A stretch of 64,000 nucleotides of DNA from Terriglobia bacterium (GTDB lineage Bacteria > Acidobacteriota > Terriglobia > 2-12-FULL-54-10), in contig CAXVYR010000002.1 in NCBI GenBank assembly GCA_963666975.2, forward strand, positions 64,001 through 128,000. Reading direction: 5' to 3'. The notes beneath the pieces were generated by a model. It had not been told where the DNA came from. It was given only the letters and a program-made list of their open reading frames with translations, and did no database searches. Of the stretch, positions 58,875-64,000 are shown piece by piece. The stretch's first letter is position 1. Each line of letters opens with the position of its first letter. The translations under genes and the position numbers were made by a program.

Positions 58875-60299
58875 TTATTCCGGTTTGCGTTTGAGAAGGA
58901 TTGCGGCGAAGAAGCCGTCAGCGCTATCGCGCGCGGGAGAAGTTTCCAGGAACTTCTTTTCCAATATCCAGCCGGCTGACGGGTGGAACGACGGACGCAA
59001 GCGCGGGGCATCGGCATGCAAAGGAAGCAGGTGGAAATCAGGCCGGAGGGCGAGAAAGTTTTTCACCACGGCCCGGTTCTCTTCGTCTTCCAAAGAACAG
59101 GTCGAATAGACCATGCGGCCCCCGGCGGAGAGAACCTCGGCGGCGCAGGTTAACAAACGAAGCTGCTTTTCCGCCAGAGCTTGCACGCCGGAGTGCGTCA
59201 AGCGCCACTTGATCTCCGGATGCCGCCGCAAGGTTCCGGTGCCGCTGCAAGGCGCGTCTACTAAAATCCGGTCAAACGAAGCGCGGAAGGGCAACGGCCC
59301 GGCGCCGTCTAATGCGACCAAATTGATGTTAGGAAGCTTTTGTGTGGACCCCATCCCCGACAGCCGGCGCAGGTGGACATCACATGCCACCACGCACCCT
59401 TCCTTCCCCGCCGATTGCGCAAGCTGGGAGGTCTTGTTGCCCGGCGCCGCGCAGAGATCGAGCACGCGGTCTCCCTGCTGCACATCAAGCAGACCAGCTA
59501 CCATCTGCGAAGCCTCGTCCTGAATGGCGATCTCTCCCCGGCGATAGGATTCCGTCCGCGTGATGTTTCCCTGAATAACCGCCCGGCACTGCTTCAGAAA
59601 ATTTCCCGGCTGCGTTTGAATTCCCTGACGGCGCAAACGTTCCTCTAGCTCCGCTTCTGTATCAACTGTATCAACGCCACTTTCAAAACCCCTGCTGGGA
59701 AGCAGCGGATTGGGCCGCAGATAAGTGACCGGCGCTTGATTGTTGGCGCGAGCCAGCGATATCGCCTCCTCTGGTCCGAACTGTCCGCTCCAGCGCTGGA
59801 GCATCCAGGAAGGGTGCGAAAGCTCAATCGCCGCCCATTCGGCTTCGTCCATTGACTGGGGCATTGACTGAACTATTGACTGGACCATGGCCGGACCTTG
59901 TAACGACGCCAGGTCCGCCTCCGCGCCTTTGCGCAAAACCACGTTGACCAGTCCCGCCGCAGAGCGCTTGCCCGCAGTCTTTACCAATTCCACCGTTTCG
60001 TAGATAGCGGCCCGCGCAGGCATCCGGGTGAGGAAACGAAGCTGGTAGAGACCCATCCGCAGCGCCACCCGCACCTCCGGGTCAAAAGAGGTCCAGCGCC
60101 CCTGGGCGAAGTGTTGCGAGATGAAATCGAATGTGCCCTGCCAGCGCAACGTCCCCAGCACCAACTCCGTACAGAGCGCCGCGTCAGCGAGGGAGAGCCC
60201 GGCAGTCATTGGGCTGGCGAGCAGTTCCGAGGCGTAGCTCGCTTGGGTTTCCACGCGGAGCAAAATCTCAAAGGCTGTCCGGCGGGCAGGAGTAGGCAT
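58875..60299 (-). CDS. rsmB: 16S rRNA (cytosine967-C5) methyltransferase
   Basis: NusB-like N-terminus, QDEASQ, DLCAAPGNK, DAPCSGTG, YSTCS motifs. Confidence 0.95.
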   Translation of the reverse strand: MPTPARRTAFEILLRVETQASYASELLASPMTAGLSLADAALCTELVLGTLRWQGTFDFISQHFAQGRWTSFDPEVRVALRMGLYQLRFLTRMPARAAIYETVELVKTAGKRSAAGLVNVVLRKGAEADLASLQGPAMVQSIVQSMPQSMDEAEWAAIELSHPSWMLQRWSGQFGPEEAISLARANNQAPVTYLRPNPLLPSRGFESGVDTVDTEAELEERLRRQGIQTQPGNFLKQCRAVIQGNITRTESYRRGEIAIQDEASQMVAGLLDVQQGDRVLDLCAAPGNKTSQLAQSAGKEGCVVACDVHLRRLSGMGSTQKLPNINLVALDGAGPLPFRASFDRILVDAPCSGTGTLRRHPEIKWRLTHSGVQALAEKQLRLLTCAAEVLSAGGRMVYSTCSLEDEENRAVVKNFLALRPDFHLLPLHADAPRLRPSFHPSAGWILEKKFLETSPARDSADGFFAAILLKRKPE

Positions 60300-60411
60300 G
60301 ATTCACCTCTATTACTTGCGCCGCTCAATCGCGCATTTCGGATCGTGGTCGATTCAGCCGGTTAAAAGCAAGCTGCTTTTCCCAGTCCGCCGATTCATTT
60401 TTTGGAGGGAC

Positions 60412-60440
60412 AAAAAAATCCCCGAAGAATCGGGGCTTTT
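60412..60440 (-). terminator. intrinsic terminator
   Basis: Minus strand CCCCGA-TTCT-TCGGGG-ATTTTTT. Confidence 0.7.
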
Positions 60441-60458
60441 CAGAAATTGTTGCTTCGG

Positions 60459-60626
60459 TTACAGGTTGCGCGTAGGACTGAATACCGGCTCGACGCCGCC
60501 CTGCATTATTGGCACAAAGGCCCATTCAATCTGCAACGTGATGCGGGAAAAGGTTTCAAAGCAAAAACAGCATGCAGGGAGTATCTTATTTGATTCCCCC
60601 TGAAGGGTCCATGCTTTTGCAGACAT
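60459..60626 (-). CDS. possible 55-aa small protein with a CCFC motif
   Basis: ATG-to-TAA ORF MSAKAWTLQGESNKILPACCFCFETFSRITLQIEWAFVPIMQGGVEPVFSPTRNL fills the gap and ends about 20 nt before a terminator; weak RBS. Confidence 0.3.
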   Translation of the reverse strand: MSAKAWTLQGESNKILPACCFCFETFSRITLQIEWAFVPIMQGGVEPVFSPTRNL

Positions 60627-60678
60627 TCTGGACTCTGATTTTACCGGTCCCTACCGCTAGAAGGACGAAATGCTCCTC

Positions 60679-61224
60679 TCAAAACAAGGACTCCTGCATC
60701 CGGAGGTATGCATTCCGCTGCATCCCCTGCAAGTCTCGCTTCACCAGATGCAGGCCAAAAACACAGGTCTCAAATTGCTCGGACATTTTCTTGAACAAGG
60801 GAGCGCTGCTGCGATACTCGAATTGATTGAATGCCGAGACAATATAGTAGGACTCCTTCCCGGCCTTCACATAGTCCACCACGGCATCGAGCCGCTGCCG
60901 CCGCAGCCGCCATCGATTGATGGCTTCGGGAAACAACCCCGCAAAAAAGAGCGTGTAGTCACCGATGTGCTTCCGCACCTCCCTCTCGCGGTCAAAGGAT
61001 GGGGCATCAAAAAGCGGGTTGGAGGCCAGCAGCATCTCGCCGACATCTTCCAACAGCTTGCCCTGAGTGTCCCGGATGCAGTACAGATTCTCGAATTGGC
61101 TGAACTGGGTCAGAAGATTGGAAACGTATGCGGTGATCTCGGAGTCGGATACTCTTAATGCCTCCCCAAAACTCCGGTCGACCAATTCTTCGAAAAGCTC
61201 TTTTAACGTTTGCTTCGGCAACAT
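60679..61224 (-). CDS. conserved hypothetical protein
   Basis: GGAG RBS; YVSNLL..F, LEDVGEML, REREVRKHIGDYTLFFAGLFPE, DYVKAGKESY pattern, which I recognise as a conserved uncharacterised family. Confidence 0.85.
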   Translation of the reverse strand: MLPKQTLKELFEELVDRSFGEALRVSDSEITAYVSNLLTQFSQFENLYCIRDTQGKLLEDVGEMLLASNPLFDAPSFDREREVRKHIGDYTLFFAGLFPEAINRWRLRRQRLDAVVDYVKAGKESYYIVSAFNQFEYRSSAPLFKKMSEQFETCVFGLHLVKRDLQGMQRNAYLRMQESLF

Positions 61225-61420
61225 GAAAGGCTCCTCTCTCTCGGTGCATTTCAATACCCACCACCACGGGGAGAACTCTGGGCAGAATGCGCTCCTACCT
61301 GCTTCCGATGCGCTGCTCCCCGCCAGGGCTGTCCAGCATCTGAACAAAACCCTGTCCGCTTCTTATTAGTTAATCGGCTAAATCGCAGAACTCCTATAGG
61401 CTACTCTCCCGGCTTAACTT

Positions 61421-61770
61421 GGGGCTGTCCTAGCTAAGGGTGGCCAGCTTGAAGCGCCATTCGCACTCCTTCAGGAAGAGGTGATGCCGCTTTGCCTTCC
61501 AGAAGTTCTCGATCCCATTGATGTGGTTCCGTTCGTCGACGAACCGTTCCGAGTGGTTGATCCGAACATGGTGGAAGTCCGACACATCCAGAGCATCGTA
61601 GCTCGAAAAGCCATCCGTGTAGACGATGCTGTCGGGCAGGCTCCATGACTCAACGTGTCCGTACGGGCATTGGGGATCATCACCGTGTAGACCCTTCCTC
61701 CACGCTTCAAAAGCCCGAAAACCGGGACTTTCCAGCACCACGACCGCGCTTGCCCTTGCGGCGACCACCA
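61421..61770 (-). mobile_element. IS1595 family (IS1016-like) transposase remnant with right inverted repeat
   Basis: Fragments RKGKRGRGAGK, KRGGRVYTVMIPNA, PDSIVYTD, RINHS..NHINGIENFW and LFLKECEWRF lie across frames with internal deletions; terminal GGGGCTGTCCTAGCTAA. Confidence 0.85.
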
Positions 61771-61927
61771 GGACTTAGCGCTTTCCCCTGCCCCGGTGTC
61801 ACCGGAAATGGAGCAAATTCTGTATTACTTTTTGCAGCTATAGATTAGTTCGGAAGAATTGTGTTTGAGAGAACCTTGAATAGCAAAAGGCAAGAAAGAG
61901 AACAAAACATTCCAGGCCAACTGAGGC

Positions 61928-62785
61928 TTAAGGCCGCACTACATCTCCTGGAGGAGCGCTGGTGCCGTCCTCGCCCGGGGGAGGGGCTGGCTCGTTGGAA
62001 CCGGCGTCCCCTCCGGAAGACCCGGCGCCGGCGGTGGAGCCACCCGAAGAACCGGAGGGTGTTCCAGAGCCTCCCCCAGAACCGCCTTTTGATTTGCCGC
62101 CCAGGCCATCCACCCGGGCGATTGTCTCGCTGGCAAACTTGACGATGCGCCCGACCACCGCCAGAGGTATCGTCTTGTTTGCGGCCGTCAGCGGCGCGCT
62201 CTGAATAACTTGCAAACTCTGTCCCGACTCGACCAGAACATCACCGCCCGGCAACAGGCGATGGCGGACCAGGACCGATCCAGTCTCCACGTAGACCAAG
62301 GTATCTTCCGCCAAATCCACCTCAACCTCCAATACCGTCCCGCGAACGGTGATTACGGCCGTCGGAGAAGTGACGCGATAGGTTTCATCATCATTGACTA
62401 AACGCTGAATGTGGAGGCGGACCTTGCCCAGATAGAGGTCCAGCAGGTCGTGCAAGTTGAAGCGATCGGCGCGGAAAACCAGACGCGAATCGGGGAAAAC
62501 CTCAATCGTGCTGTGATCGGATAATTCCAGCTTCGCGTAGCCGTCCGGGCCGGTGACCACCACCTGGCCGGCTTTGACGGTTTGTTCCGGCATCAGAACC
62601 CAAAGGTCTCCCGCTCGCTCAACAGACACGCGGCCGGTCAGCGTCAGGACACGGGCCGTCTCCGAACCCAGTTGCGCCTGCAAAGAGGTTGCGCCCGCGC
62701 TTAGAAAAACACCCAACATCAGCAGGGTATGCCAGCGCAGGAGCTTCCGTAGCGTTGTTGGTCCTGTTCCGCTTCTCATCTTCAT
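61928..62785 (-). CDS. FecR-domain exported protein
   Basis: VVTGPDGYAKLELSD.S.IEVFPDS, VTSPTAVITVRGT, VETGSV motifs; Gly/Ser tail. Confidence 0.85.
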   Translation of the reverse strand: MKMRSGTGPTTLRKLLRWHTLLMLGVFLSAGATSLQAQLGSETARVLTLTGRVSVERAGDLWVLMPEQTVKAGQVVVTGPDGYAKLELSDHSTIEVFPDSRLVFRADRFNLHDLLDLYLGKVRLHIQRLVNDDETYRVTSPTAVITVRGTVLEVEVDLAEDTLVYVETGSVLVRHRLLPGGDVLVESGQSLQVIQSAPLTAANKTIPLAVVGRIVKFASETIARVDGLGGKSKGGSGGGSGTPSGSSGGSTAGAGSSGGDAGSNEPAPPPGEDGTSAPPGDVVRP

Positions 62786-62961
62786 TCCGTCCGGTCCATG
62801 CCAATTCCTAAATGCTTCGGTTCTTAGACCTTTCCCATTATTTGTGAATCTACCAAAGCTTGCCAGAAAGCACAAATAGTTTGTCGTTTTATCGTTGGAA
62901 AGTTCTACGGAACGAGACGAAAAAAGCAGCAATGAGGAAAGCGTTTCCGGGAAGGGGTTCT

Positions 62962-63156
62962 TCAGCGCGGGCGGCGAAAAGTGAACGCCAGCAAGCCGTA
63001 GAGGGCCAGGCAAATCCAGAAGTCCACCACCAGTCCTAAGTCTATCTGGCTGGGACGATGACGGGCGGCAGGCGGCAAATAAGGAAGCAAAACAATAAAG
63101 TAGAGCAAATTGCCCCCTAGGACAGCCAGCAAGGTTTTCCAGTAGCGTCGCAACAC
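62962..63156 (-). CDS. small two-TM hypothetical membrane protein
   Basis: LLAVLGGNLLYF...ARH....DLGLVVDFWICL, two hydrophobic helices. Confidence 0.7.
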   Translation of the reverse strand: MLRRYWKTLLAVLGGNLLYFIVLLPYLPPAARHRPSQIDLGLVVDFWICLALYGLLAFTFRRPR

Positions 63157-63510
63157 AATGGACCACGCAACACAAGAACCAGCAACACAAGAACCAATAG
63201 TTACCGGCAGCGGCAGGAAAATCCAGAATGGATTCCTGCCGACCCCCTCCGCCCCGGAAATTCAGCGGAACACTTCCCCGCACCCGCATCCTTCCCTGCC
63301 CCAGGAAACCATTATTCCCGATGGCACTATCAAGAGGCAGCGAACACCCGCCTATTTTAACGTGTTGCATTGCTCCTTGTCTTTCGCCGTTCTGCCTTGC
63401 GGCTGCTCTGCATCGCGGCTGCCCTGCATCGCGGCTGCCCTGCATCGCGGATTGTTACCAACCGGCGAGGCGAAAAGAGCTACAATAAAAAAACAACGGA
63501 CAGGGATTGC

Positions 63511-64000
63511 ATGATGCGGGTTAAAGTGCTCTTTTTCGGGATGCTGAAGGATATCGTCGGCCAGACAGAGGATCAAGTGATCCTGGAAGAGGGCGCCAGC
63601 ATCGGCCAACTTTATGAAAGCTACGCCGCCCGGCTTCCCCGGCTGGCCGCGCATTCCTCCAGCATTCTTTTTTCCAGAAACCGGGTATTTGCCGGCCGGA
63701 GCGAGCCCTTACAGGAGGGAGATGAGGTAGCCTTCCTGCCTCCGGTCAGCGGAGGCGCGCCGGGCCGCGCGGAAGATTCCGAAGGAGACAGCGAACCGGA
63801 GACCGTGCACCGGCTGACCAGGGAGCCGATCGACAGCCGCGCCCTGGTGGAGGAGTTGAAACGGGGAAAGGACGGGGCGGTGGTGGTCTTTGAAGGCATC
63901 GTGCGCAACCATTCCAGAGACCCGTCCAGAGACCCGTCCAGAGACCAGAAGTCCGGAGACCGGGCAACCCTCTATCTGGAGTACGAATCCTATGAACCGA
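63511..64000 (+). CDS. moaD/moaE: fused molybdopterin synthase MoaD-MoaE (partial, runs off the window)
   Basis: Not in the ORF track. Reads MMRVKVLFFGMLKDIVG...EGDEVAFLPPVSGG, then in frame LTREPID...GAVVVFEGIVRNHS...LYLEYESYEP. Confidence 0.92.
   Translation, partial: MMRVKVLFFGMLKDIVGQTEDQVILEEGASIGQLYESYAARLPRLAAHSSSILFSRNRVFAGRSEPLQEGDEVAFLPPVSGGAPGRAEDSEGDSEPETVHRLTREPIDSRALVEELKRGKDGAVVVFEGIVRNHSRDPSRDPSRDQKSGDRATLYLEYESYEP

Noticed and set aside
62786-63445. 505-aa version of the FecR ORF
   Set aside because: The upstream part overlaps a better small membrane ORF and tandem-repeat DNA; the signal peptide begins near 62785.

Overview
GC-rich bacterial chromosomal segment. The gene content (two TIGR03437-type surface proteins, DUF5916 and tandem TolC outer-membrane proteins, carboxypeptidase-regulatory/TPR protein) suggests Acidobacteriota; this is an inference from family recognition, not a search. 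About 55 CDS, and no tRNA, rRNA or CRISPR array was seen. Main blocks: (1) a periplasmic redox module with two c-type cytochromes, a Tat-exported PQQ-type beta-propeller and a cupredoxin (0.5-3.7 kb); (2) an uncharacterised N-heterocycle catabolic island with tautomerase, CoxG, cupin, a three-subunit Mo-hydroxylase, deaminase, amidohydrolase-2, two DASS transporters and a D-aminoacylase-like enzyme (4.5-17.6 kb); (3) polX, queF, tsaC, csp and two large divergent surface proteins; (4) iscA-moaA-thiD followed by a B12/radical-SAM gene and an ATP-grasp ligase; (5) xdhC-mocA, msrP, a tolC pair, a REP-rich island with hicBA, rsmB, an IS1016-like remnant and a moaD-moaE fusion running off the end. 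The best finding is in block 4: the apparent stop of the radical SAM gene is an in-frame UGA followed by a SECIS-like hairpin, giving a C-U-A-E-P tail, so it is a probable selenoprotein in a candidate metalloid/organoarsenic-type biosynthetic module. The window also shows dense short tandem duplications, nested REP insertions (one in frame inside a cytochrome), a clean MITE and several decayed genes.
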